Shown one piece after another: positions 19,067 through 28,254 of a DNA stretch of 64,000 bases. Source of the stretch: an uncultured Acidobacteriota bacterium (GTDB taxonomy: Bacteria; Acidobacteriota; Thermoanaerobaculia; Multivoradales; JAHEKO01); the NCBI GenBank assembly GCA_963713825.1, contig CAVQNG010000005.1, positions 128,001 through 192,000 of the forward strand, written 5' to 3'. Under the pieces are notes generated by a model, which made no database searches, had not been told where the DNA came from, and saw only the letters and a list, made by a program, of their open reading frames with translations. The position numbers and the translations under genes are program-made. The first letter of the stretch is position 1, and each line of letters begins with the position of its first letter.

Positions 19067-20560
19067 TCAGGGCTCGCCGAGCCATCGTTGGACTGCGGCG
19101 ACCTGGTGGCTCAAAGGCTTTGGATTGCAGCCCGCATTTCGCAGCTGCTCGAGCGCATCGGCCAGAGAGATCCCTTGCTGTCGAGCTAGAAAAGCTCCCA
19201 ATACCGAGCCGGTGCGCTCGATGCCGGCTCTGCAGTGCACATAGAGAGTCTTCTCTTCGTCGGCTGCGGAGAGAATCTCCCAGGTCCGATCCAGCTCCTC
19301 GGCCGAGAGAGGTTCTTCATCCACGATCGGCACCGAGATCCTCTCGATTTCGCCCCATGACATGGCGGCGATGGCCTCGCGGCCGAAGCGCGTCGGGGTG
19401 TTCCATTCGTCGTCCATGCGAAGGTCCAGCACGCGTCGCACTCCGGCTTCATGGAGCGCTTCCACATCACCCGCTGTCAGGGGATTGCGACCGCACAGAA
19501 TACCGGGCAGTGCCTGGTGGATTTCGAAGTCTGGAATTCTGGGTTTCTCGTATACCAGCCGGTGGCGGAGGTCGGCCAAATCGCTCCCACAAGAATTCAG
19601 GGTCTGACGTTCTTCGACGACCTCGAGCCATCGGTCGGGCAGTGCCCGAACTCCGTAGTAGGCGCCGACGATGCCGCCGGTGACGGCCGCGATGGTGTCG
19701 GCCTCCCCGGCGAGATTGACCGCGTCGACGATGGCCGCTTCGGCACCGTCGTTGTTCAAGGCACACCAGACCGCGGCCTCGAGACAGTCCAGTCCGTAGC
19801 CGGCGTACCCCGTCGGCTGGAGCTCCTCGTACGATCTTGCAGGTGCCGTCTCGAGACGTTCCCAGAACCCAGGCGGCAGAGGAGAGAGGCCTGGAGCATT
19901 CGCCGGTCCTACTCCTTCGGCGGCCCTGTCTCGAGTTGCACTCAGGGCGCGATGCCATCCGGTGGTCAGATCAGCCCCTTCCAACACCTCCAGAACCCAG
20001 AAGCAGTAGGCCAGGCAGCCGGCTTCAGCTTGAGGGTCCCAGTGGGTCATGGCAGAGATGTGAGCACTCTGCAGACGGAGGCGACTTCGATCTGTATAAG
20101 CCAGCGCCACGGGAAGAGTCCGCATCAGAGAACCGTTGCCCGCTGCCTTGAGGTCGCGCGCCTGCTGGGTCGAGGCTGACGCTCGGCTCCAATCTCCAAT
20201 ATCGCCAGCACCCGAGAGATTACGCTCGAGTCCCAGGAAGGAGTCGAGCGCGGCGTTGATCGTGTTGCCGACGTCTTTGGCGCCCTTGCGCCATGCCAGG
20301 AATCGGTCGCCGATGGCTGCCACCGGGTCATCGGGTTGCGCGAGGATTCCCTCGGCGACACAAAGCGCCATGCCGGTGTCATCGGTCCACTCACCAGGCC
20401 GCCAGCGGGTGTAGTGACCTCCTCCTACCATGTCCTCGAGCCTCCCGAATCGGGCCGTGAGCTGCTCCTTTGACAGGAACTCGGCAGGAGCGCCGAGAGC
20501 GTCCCCGCACGCCAGGCCCAACATGGCTCCGGTGAAGCGATCGGTGTAGGAACTTCTCAT
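19067..20560 (-). CDS. ADP-ribosylglycohydrolase fused to a C-terminal dual-specificity/PTP-like phosphatase
   Basis: GLACGDALGAP, WTDDT, GNGSLMR, TH, GEADTIAA; C-terminal VHCRAGIERTG (CX5R); ATG 20560 after GGAGG. Confidence 0.9.
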   Translation of the reverse strand: MRSSYTDRFTGAMLGLACGDALGAPAEFLSKEQLTARFGRLEDMVGGGHYTRWRPGEWTDDTGMALCVAEGILAQPDDPVAAIGDRFLAWRKGAKDVGNTINAALDSFLGLERNLSGAGDIGDWSRASASTQQARDLKAAGNGSLMRTLPVALAYTDRSRLRLQSAHISAMTHWDPQAEAGCLAYCFWVLEVLEGADLTTGWHRALSATRDRAAEGVGPANAPGLSPLPPGFWERLETAPARSYEELQPTGYAGYGLDCLEAAVWCALNNDGAEAAIVDAVNLAGEADTIAAVTGGIVGAYYGVRALPDRWLEVVEERQTLNSCGSDLADLRHRLVYEKPRIPDFEIHQALPGILCGRNPLTAGDVEALHEAGVRRVLDLRMDDEWNTPTRFGREAIAAMSWGEIERISVPIVDEEPLSAEELDRTWEILSAADEEKTLYVHCRAGIERTGSVLGAFLARQQGISLADALEQLRNAGCNPKPLSHQVAAVQRWLGEP

Positions 20561-20592
20561 GCAGCCTCCGAAACTGAATCCACTCGAGGGCG

Positions 20593-21504
20593 TCAGCCTG
20601 CGGCCTGCTCGGCGCGCTTCCGCCAGTAACGCGCGATGCCGTCGACACTCATGAAGCGGGGATTGGCCAATTCGTAGGCGAGGGCTGTTGCATCGTCCAC
20701 TCCGTCCTGCGAAGCCCATCGACGCATGGTCTCGTTGTAGCGCGCGATCATGCTGTCGCGATCCAGGCCCTCCGCCATCATGTCGCGCACGAAGGCTGCA
20801 CCCGCGTCGAGGTGGGATTCGAACCGATCCAGTTGCTCGGATACTTCGGCGGTGGCGCCGAAGTGGGTGCGGTAGATGGAGTCGAGATTCTCGTGGCGAA
20901 GGCGGTTCAGGGTCCCTTTCCAAGCTCCCAGATCGAACTCTGGGGGCGGCCCCGGAAGGTCGATCCAGTGTCGGTCGCCGAGTCGAACGCCGGCGGCATC
21001 GCCGGTGAAAGCCACGTCGCCCAAGCGGTATACGTGGTGGTGCCTGGCGTGCCCCGGAGTGTCCAAGGCGACAAATTCCAGGCCGGCGGCCTCGATGATG
21101 GCGTTGCCTTCGACGGCCACGACCTGCTCGGCGGGAGCCGGTACGGTCTGCCCCCAGAGCTCGTCCATACGATTCGCGTAGATGCGCTCGGCGCTGGTCA
21201 GTAGCTTGCTGGGATCGATGAGATGGCGTTCACCGTTGGGATGCACATAGATCGTGGCGCCCTGCTGAGCCCACCAGCCGGCTGCGCCGGAGTGGTCCAG
21301 GTGAATGTGGGTGACCAGTACGTGCTGCACGTCCCCTGGTGCGACACCGTGCTCTTCGAGTCGGGCGAGGAGGGTGGGCAGGGTCGAGGCCGGTCCGGTT
21401 TCCACCAGGACAGGCCCTTCGGGACCGAAGACCAGAAAGGCCGCAATGGTCTCGGGTGTATGGCCGAATTCGAGGTCCAACGTTTCGATGCGCGTCGGGT
21501 TCAT
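20593..21504 (-). CDS. MBL-fold metallo-hydrolase
   Basis: THIHLDHSG, TPGHARHH, FTGD, THFG. Confidence 0.92.
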   Translation of the reverse strand: MNPTRIETLDLEFGHTPETIAAFLVFGPEGPVLVETGPASTLPTLLARLEEHGVAPGDVQHVLVTHIHLDHSGAAGWWAQQGATIYVHPNGERHLIDPSKLLTSAERIYANRMDELWGQTVPAPAEQVVAVEGNAIIEAAGLEFVALDTPGHARHHHVYRLGDVAFTGDAAGVRLGDRHWIDLPGPPPEFDLGAWKGTLNRLRHENLDSIYRTHFGATAEVSEQLDRFESHLDAGAAFVRDMMAEGLDRDSMIARYNETMRRWASQDGVDDATALAYELANPRFMSVDGIARYWRKRAEQAAG

Positions 21505-21564
21505 GGGCCGATGATGACACGACCGAACCGGCGCTGCGAGCCGGTTTCGTCTCGGGCGGCGGTG

Positions 21565-22626
21565 CTATGCCTTGCTGGGCGACGCCATCAATTTCAGATC
21601 GCGAAAGGCCACCAGCTTGTCTCGCTCTTCGTCCCAGAGCTTCAGACGAGCGCATCGCAGGCTTTCCCAGAAGGTGATGCGGGTGACCTCATGGAGTTGA
21701 GGCAGCTCCCGATAGCACTTCTTCAGACTGTAGTTGGGGACTCGACTCGCGAGGTGATGGATGTGGTGGTAGCCGATGTTGCCGGTGAACCAGGTCACCA
21801 CGGTCGGTAGCTCGTAGAACGAGCTGCCTTCGATTCCAGCCTTGTGGAAGTTCCATTCGTCGTGCTCGCGCCAGTAGGTGTCCTCGAACTGGTGTTGGAT
21901 GTAGAACAACCAGATTCCCGCCGCTCCTGCGAACAGCGAAATCGGCAGCTGCACCATCAGGAAGCTCTTGAGACCGACCAACCACCATGCCAGCAACAGC
22001 AAGGCTGCGACCGCGGCGTTGGTCCACCAGATGCCCTTCCACTCCCGCTTCCAAGACCGGGGGACGTCCAGGGGCATCCGATGCTTGATCAGGAACTGGA
22101 AGGCGGGGCCGACCACGAGCAGGGCGAAGCTACTCCGATAGATCCGATAGCGGAGCCGCTGCCCCCGGGACAGTGCCAGATACTCCTTGACCGTCAATGT
22201 CTCGATATCTCCGAAAGTACGCCGGTCCAGATCGCCCGAGGTGCCGTGGTGAATGGCATGCGTTCTTTGCCAATAGTGGAACGGCGTCAACATCATCACC
22301 CCGAGGGCGAAGCCGACCGACTCGTTGGCCTTGCGCGATGGAAAGAACGAGCCGTGCCCGCAGTCGTGCAGGAAGATGAAGATTCTCACCAGCAGGCCGG
22401 CGGTCGGGATCGCCAGGGCCAGTGTCAGCCAATAGGAGACCTCGAGGCTCCGGAGCATGAGAAACCAGCCGACGATATAGAGAAAGCCGGTCGTGATCAG
22501 CTGAAACAGGGCCTTGCCAGTACTGGCCTTCATGTAGGGGGCCAGGAGGGCATTCCAATACCGGGCGACCTCGACGCTCGAGGGCCCGTCGGGCCGGACA
22601 GTGTGGACATCGGTGCGGTGGGACAT
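21565..22626 (-). CDS. Fatty acid desaturase (Bacillus Des-like)
   Basis: His boxes HDCGH, HAIHH, HHIHH; QHQFE. Confidence 0.93.
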   Translation of the reverse strand: MSHRTDVHTVRPDGPSSVEVARYWNALLAPYMKASTGKALFQLITTGFLYIVGWFLMLRSLEVSYWLTLALAIPTAGLLVRIFIFLHDCGHGSFFPSRKANESVGFALGVMMLTPFHYWQRTHAIHHGTSGDLDRRTFGDIETLTVKEYLALSRGQRLRYRIYRSSFALLVVGPAFQFLIKHRMPLDVPRSWKREWKGIWWTNAAVAALLLLAWWLVGLKSFLMVQLPISLFAGAAGIWLFYIQHQFEDTYWREHDEWNFHKAGIEGSSFYELPTVVTWFTGNIGYHHIHHLASRVPNYSLKKCYRELPQLHEVTRITFWESLRCARLKLWDEERDKLVAFRDLKLMASPSKA

Positions 22627-22786
22627 CAGTCTCTTCGACTCCCGGAGGTTACGAGTGGGCCGTCTTGCGGCAGAAACGTGGCGGGCCTTGTCGATGGCTT
22701 CGGCGGTTGAGAATGTGTAGTCAACTCATTTCAAGGTACCACAGCGACGGGCGCGGTGCCATCCAAGGCCGCCTTCTGGCGGTTGT

Positions 22787-25516
22787 CTATTTACCGCTCG
22801 GGAGTGTCTTCTCCAGCTCTTCGAACCAGTTGAATACGAAGGTTGCCTGGGTCTTGGTCAGGCGATCCTCCTCATCCGGGAACATAACGAAACGCTGGCC
22901 ATCGGCAGCTGCGTCGTAGTCGGGAAAGACGAATCCCGCCAGGGCGATACCCTGGATGCCACCACGGAAGCGACCTTCGAACAGCCTTCTGGCCTTGCCG
23001 ACGCGGAAAGTCGGGCCGTCGGTCTCTACGTCAGCCACCATGACCGCGTCGTTGGTACGGTAGAAGAGCTCACGGCCGTCTCGTGACCAGATGGGCCACC
23101 TGCCACTTTCGTCCGAGACCTGCCATCGACCACCGGCCGACGGGTAGGGACGAACGTAGATCTGGAAGCGACCTGATTCGTTGGACGCGTAAGCGACCCA
23201 GCGGCCGTTCGGCGAGAAGACCGGATCGCGCTCCAGGAATGAAGTGACGAGGTAGGGCTCCGGCGCCGTGCTGCCATCGAGGGAAATGACGTAGATGTCG
23301 ATGGTCTCGGCGTTCGCCTCTGCAAGAGCGACCTTGCCGTCTGGCGAGAGCGAGATGGGGTACATCTGAAGTTCGCCCTCAGTCAGGGCTTCGGCTTCGC
23401 CGGAGCCATCGGCTCGCTTGCGATAGAGATTGGCCGCACCGTCGCGGTCGGAGGTGAAGATCAAGTACTCACCGTCTGGACTCCAGATCTGGTCGGCGTC
23501 GTAGCCGTCGTGGAAGGTCAGTCGGGTGGCCACCTCTCGCTCCAGGTCGTAGACCCAGACATCCCAGTTGCTGCCATCGAGGATGGAAAAGGCGAGCCGC
23601 TTTCCTTCGGGTGAGAGTCTCGGGTTGGCATAGCTGGCCGGAGTTTCCCAGAGCCTGGTCACTTGGCCATTGCGGTCGACCCAGACGGCGGGGTACTCGG
23701 GCACACCCAGCTCGCCGCTGATGTAGGTCAGGGTCCCATTGTCGGCAAAAGAGAACTGAGCGCCGCCCGCACCGACGGAGGCGGTGATTCCTTGGACGAC
23801 CGGCGCGGCGGAGCCGGCGATCTCTCGCGTCTCGGGATCGAACGGCACGGCGAAGAGCGTTCCCTCGTGAATGTAGACCAGGTGGCCGGTGGGGACGTAA
23901 CGCCCGTAGTAGCCGCCCCGATGCAGAATCTTGTGCTCTCCCGTCTCTACATCGGCAACCGCGATGAGCGCCTCGTCGGCGGAAGGCATGGCCTGAGTGA
24001 AGACCGTGAAGATCACGGCTTTGCCGTCGGGCATGGCCTGCGGCCAACGGTGAGAGGTCTCCTTCTCGCCTTCGTCCAGCCTGGTGAGAGGTTGTAGCTC
24101 CCCGCCGTTGGCGGAGACCCGTGACAGACCATCCCTCCCCGTCGGAGACACGATGATGGTGTCGTCGGGTAGCCATGTCGCACCCCGGCTCAGCTCGACG
24201 TCGCAAAGGGTGATCGAGGCGCCGCCGGAGACCGGGATCTTCTTGAGCTCTCCGGGTGTGACGTAGGCGATCCACTCCCCATCCGGCGAGAAGACTGGGT
24301 GGTAGACGATGTCGGCGCTCGCACCACCGGCAAGAACTGCTCCCTGCAGCTGCCCGAGAGATCGAGTCCAGAGGGTACGCTCGGTCTCGTCGCCTGTGAC
24401 GTAGGCGAGGCGACTGCCGTCAGGGGCAAGCTCGATGCTGGAGCCCAGGGTCATCCACAAAGGTTCGGTGGACACCGTGGCGTCGAGACGGACGGGCTCT
24501 TCGGTGAATGATGGTTGGGGCCGCGAGAGCAGGGCGAGAGCAATCAGTCCCAAGAAACTGAGGCCGGCGATCGCCCAGGGCAAGAGCCGCCGCCAGGCTG
24601 GCTCGGGGGTGGCCTCGACGACTGCCGCTGGATGGGTGCTGTCACCATCCACGGTTCCGGCCAAGGCATCGACCAGCTCGAGCCGAGCCGAGGTGGCGTC
24701 CGGCAGACGATCTCTTGCCTCACGCTCCAGGCACCGACGCAGCAGGCGACGTATCTGACTGGGTGTTTCCTCCGGTAGATCTTCGAACTCAGGGTCGGCC
24801 CGCAGGACACCGGCGAGAGTGTCGGACAGGGTCTTGCCGATGAAGAGCTGCTTGCCCGTGAGCATCTCCCAGAGCACCACACCGAAGGCCCACAAGTCGG
24901 CTCGTTTGTCGGCCGCCTCGCCTCGCGCCTGCTCGGGGCTCATGTAGCCGGCGGTACCCAGGAGAACTCCTGCGGTCGTCATATGGGCGGTCAGCGTGGG
25001 CGACATGGTGAGCGAAGGCGCCGAGCCCGAGGCGTCTGTCTCGGACTCCAGGGCCTTGGCCAGACCGAAGTCGAGCACCTTGACCGTGCCCTCGGGAGAG
25101 ACCATGACGTTGCCCGGCTTGAGGTCCCGATGGATGATCCCCTTCTCATGGGCAGCTTCCAGGGCGTCGGCGATCTGACGGGCGATCGTCAGCGCATCGT
25201 GCATCGGGAGAGGCCCGCGAGCGATACGCTCCTGCAGTGTCTCTCCGGGCGCCAATTGCATTACCAGGAGCTTGCGTCCTTCGGCTTCCTCCAGGCCATA
25301 GATGGCCGCGATGCTGGGATGGTCGAGGGCGGCCAGGACCCGCGCCTCGCGCTCGAAACGGGCTAGCCGCTCGGGATCCTCGGTAAAGGCCTCGGGCAGG
25401 ACCTTGATCGCGACCTCGCGACCGAGCTGGCTGTCCTCGGCCTTGTAGACCTCGCCCATCCCGCCCTCGCCGAGCTTGTCGGTGATGTTGTAGTGCGACA
25501 GATTCGATCCGATCAT
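22787..25516 (-). CDS. Ser/Thr kinase - TM - TolB/PD40 propeller (third gene of tandem trio)
   Basis: Intact kinase motifs; SPDG repeats; VFNWFEEL end. Confidence 0.95.
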   Translation of the reverse strand: MIGSNLSHYNITDKLGEGGMGEVYKAEDSQLGREVAIKVLPEAFTEDPERLARFEREARVLAALDHPSIAAIYGLEEAEGRKLLVMQLAPGETLQERIARGPLPMHDALTIARQIADALEAAHEKGIIHRDLKPGNVMVSPEGTVKVLDFGLAKALESETDASGSAPSLTMSPTLTAHMTTAGVLLGTAGYMSPEQARGEAADKRADLWAFGVVLWEMLTGKQLFIGKTLSDTLAGVLRADPEFEDLPEETPSQIRRLLRRCLEREARDRLPDATSARLELVDALAGTVDGDSTHPAAVVEATPEPAWRRLLPWAIAGLSFLGLIALALLSRPQPSFTEEPVRLDATVSTEPLWMTLGSSIELAPDGSRLAYVTGDETERTLWTRSLGQLQGAVLAGGASADIVYHPVFSPDGEWIAYVTPGELKKIPVSGGASITLCDVELSRGATWLPDDTIIVSPTGRDGLSRVSANGGELQPLTRLDEGEKETSHRWPQAMPDGKAVIFTVFTQAMPSADEALIAVADVETGEHKILHRGGYYGRYVPTGHLVYIHEGTLFAVPFDPETREIAGSAAPVVQGITASVGAGGAQFSFADNGTLTYISGELGVPEYPAVWVDRNGQVTRLWETPASYANPRLSPEGKRLAFSILDGSNWDVWVYDLEREVATRLTFHDGYDADQIWSPDGEYLIFTSDRDGAANLYRKRADGSGEAEALTEGELQMYPISLSPDGKVALAEANAETIDIYVISLDGSTAPEPYLVTSFLERDPVFSPNGRWVAYASNESGRFQIYVRPYPSAGGRWQVSDESGRWPIWSRDGRELFYRTNDAVMVADVETDGPTFRVGKARRLFEGRFRGGIQGIALAGFVFPDYDAAADGQRFVMFPDEEDRLTKTQATFVFNWFEELEKTLPSGK

Positions 25517-25521
25517 CGCTG

Positions 25522-28251
25522 CTAGTCCGATCCTGTGGGGAGTATTCGACGCAGATCGTCGAACCAGTTGAAAACCATGGTCACGTGGGTCTTGGGGGCG
25601 ACATCGGTATCCTCGGGGAACATGACAAATCGCTGGCCGTCCGGGGAGACGTCGTAGTCCCCGAAGATGTAGCCACCCACCGAAATTCCGAACATTCCGC
25701 CTCGAAAAGGACCTTCCACCACGGCCTTCGGCGTGCCGATACTCAGGCTGTCACCGGTGGCCTCCACCGAGACCTCCATGATGCCGGTATTGGTGCGGTA
25801 GAACAGCCGTCGTCCGTCCCCGGACCAAAGAGGCCAGGCGCCACCGCCATCGGAGACCTGCCACTTACCCCCTGCGGCCGGATAGGGTCGCACATAGACC
25901 TCGAATACACCCGACTCGTTGGAGGAGTAGGTGATCCACCGCCCGTCCGGCGAGAAGTCGGGGTACCTTTCGTCGAACTCCGAAGCCAGAAAGACCTCTG
26001 GCTCACCGCTTCCGTCGAGAGGCAGTATGTAGAGGTCGAGGTTACCGGCTTTCGCGACTTCTCCAGCCAGGAAGTTGCCGTCACCAGAGACCGAAAAGGG
26101 GTAGAAGGCCTCCTCGCTCTCGAAGAGGCGCTCGACCTCTCCGGAGCCGTCAGCGCGCTTGCGATAGAGGCTCTCGATTCCGTCTCGGGTCGAGGTGAAA
26201 ATGAGGTGTTTTCCATCGGGTGTCCACGCCTGATCGGCGTCGTAGCCCTCAGCGAAGGTGAGCCGGGTCGCCACTTCGCGCTCCAGGTCGTAGACCCAGA
26301 CATCCCACTGACCGTCTCGAAAGACAGAGATCCCCAGTTTCTTGCCGTCCGGGGAGAGAGTGGGCTCGCCATAGGCACCCCGAGTCTCCCAGAGGGTGGT
26401 CGATTTGCCGTTCCTGTCCACCCAGACGATGGGGTAGGTCGGGACTCCGACCTCACCGCTGACGTAGGCCAGGTTTCCCGAGTCGGAGAAGCTGTACTGC
26501 GCTCCGCCAGGACCATTGTCCGTGGTGATGCCCTGGACGAGGGGGGCTGGTGAGCCGGTTGGCTCCAGCTTCTCGGCGTCGAAAGTCATCCCGAACAGGG
26601 TACCGTCGCGAATGAAGACCAGATGTCCGCTCGGCACGTAGCGGGCGTAGTAGCCGCCTTGGTGAATCACTTTCTGCTCACCCGTTTCCAGGGAGACGAC
26701 TTCGATGATGGCGTCGTCGACACTGCTCATACCCTGGTAGCCAACGGTATAGATGACGGCCTTGCCGTCGGGCATGAATTGTGGCCATCGATGACTGAAA
26801 TCCTGACGCTCTTCGTTCAGTTCAGTCAGGGGCTGCGGATTGCCGCCAGCCGCCAATACGGTGAAGAGCTCGCTGGACCCATCGGGTGCGAGTACGATGT
26901 TGTCGTTCGGTCCCCACGAGGCACCTCGACTGGCGTCTACTTCACACAGGGCGATCGGGGTGCCGCCCGTGATCGGGACCTTCCTCATCTCGTTGCGAGT
27001 CACGTATCCGACCCACTTCCCGTCCGGCGAGAAAAAGGGGTGGTAGGGCTCCTCCGTATTCGTTCCCGTCGCCAGTTCGGTTCCCGCCAGCTGGTCCAGG
27101 GATCGGGTGAAGAGAGTGCGGCGAGCATTATCGTCGGTCACGTAAACCAGGCGAGAGCCGTCGGGAGACAGCACGATGCTGGCTCCCAGGTCGACGTACA
27201 GCGGATCGTCAGCCAGCACCGCCTCGAGGCGGATCGGAGCCTTGGGCTCGGGTGTGTCGGGCCACAGCGCGACGAGTGCTGCGACGAGGCCGGCTGCTGC
27301 TACTGCAAACATGGCCCAAGGGAGGACTCGTTTCCAGGTGGGTTGAGCTTCTTGGATGACCGCTGCTTCTGGGGCTACCTCGGTTTCAGGGTTCGCCAGA
27401 TACTGCTGCAGGGCGATCCGTGCCTCGCCGATGGCCTGCAACCGGTCTGGAGTCTCCTTCTCGAGACAGCGCTCCAGGAGCTTGCGAATTCGGCGCGGGG
27501 TATCTGAGGGAAGTTCCTCCCATTCGGGCTCCCGCGCCAGCACCCCAGCCAGGGTGTCGGAGACCGTGCGACCTGCGTACACAGTTTTGCCTGTGAGCAT
27601 CTCCATGAGCACGACGCCGAAGGCCCAGACATCGGCACGGCGGTCGGCAAGCTCGCCTCGCGCCTGTTCCGGGCTCATGTAGGCGGCAGTCCCCAGCAAG
27701 ACACCGACTTCCGTCATTTGAGCAGTGAGGGTCGGGGATAGGGACAGGCTGCCGGAGTTCGACGAGTTGGGATCTCCCGCGTCCAGGGCTTTGGCCAGCC
27801 CGAAGTCGAGCACCTTGACCTGGCCGTCGGAGGAGACCTTGACGTTGGCCGGTTTCAGGTCCCGATGAATGATCCCCTTGTCGTGCGCGGTTTCGAGAGC
27901 CTCGGCGATCTGAAGAGCGATCTTGGCTGCCTTCTGGGGTGGCAGCTGGCCGCGGGAGAGGAGATCTTTGAGGTCCTCGCCCTCGGCCAGTTGCATAACC
28001 AGGAACTTGCGACCCTCGGCCTCCTCGAGTCCGTAGATGGAAGCGATGTGGGGGTGATCCAACGCTGCCAGCACCCGTGCCTCGCGCTCGAATCGGGCCA
28101 TGCGCTCCGCGTCCTGCGCGAAGGCTGCGGGCAGTACCTTGATCGCTACCTCACGACCGAGGTTGGTGTCCTCGGCCCGCCACACCTCACCCATGCCCCC
28201 TTCGCCGAGCTTGTCGGTGATCTTGTAATGGGAAAACTTCTCGCCAATCAT
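25522..28251 (-). CDS. Ser/Thr kinase - TM - TolB/PD40 propeller (second gene of tandem trio)
   Basis: Intact kinase motifs; SPDG repeats; VFNWFDDL end. Confidence 0.95.
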   Translation of the reverse strand: MIGEKFSHYKITDKLGEGGMGEVWRAEDTNLGREVAIKVLPAAFAQDAERMARFEREARVLAALDHPHIASIYGLEEAEGRKFLVMQLAEGEDLKDLLSRGQLPPQKAAKIALQIAEALETAHDKGIIHRDLKPANVKVSSDGQVKVLDFGLAKALDAGDPNSSNSGSLSLSPTLTAQMTEVGVLLGTAAYMSPEQARGELADRRADVWAFGVVLMEMLTGKTVYAGRTVSDTLAGVLAREPEWEELPSDTPRRIRKLLERCLEKETPDRLQAIGEARIALQQYLANPETEVAPEAAVIQEAQPTWKRVLPWAMFAVAAAGLVAALVALWPDTPEPKAPIRLEAVLADDPLYVDLGASIVLSPDGSRLVYVTDDNARRTLFTRSLDQLAGTELATGTNTEEPYHPFFSPDGKWVGYVTRNEMRKVPITGGTPIALCEVDASRGASWGPNDNIVLAPDGSSELFTVLAAGGNPQPLTELNEERQDFSHRWPQFMPDGKAVIYTVGYQGMSSVDDAIIEVVSLETGEQKVIHQGGYYARYVPSGHLVFIRDGTLFGMTFDAEKLEPTGSPAPLVQGITTDNGPGGAQYSFSDSGNLAYVSGEVGVPTYPIVWVDRNGKSTTLWETRGAYGEPTLSPDGKKLGISVFRDGQWDVWVYDLEREVATRLTFAEGYDADQAWTPDGKHLIFTSTRDGIESLYRKRADGSGEVERLFESEEAFYPFSVSGDGNFLAGEVAKAGNLDLYILPLDGSGEPEVFLASEFDERYPDFSPDGRWITYSSNESGVFEVYVRPYPAAGGKWQVSDGGGAWPLWSGDGRRLFYRTNTGIMEVSVEATGDSLSIGTPKAVVEGPFRGGMFGISVGGYIFGDYDVSPDGQRFVMFPEDTDVAPKTHVTMVFNWFDDLRRILPTGSD

Positions 28252-28254
28252 TGT

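Noticed and set aside
17376-19085. Long antisense/shadow ORFs (e.g. 17376-19085, 11036-12229, 14731-15876, 41650-42648, 59856-60860)
   Set aside because: They overlap well-supported genes, carry no motifs, and are expected in high-GC DNA.
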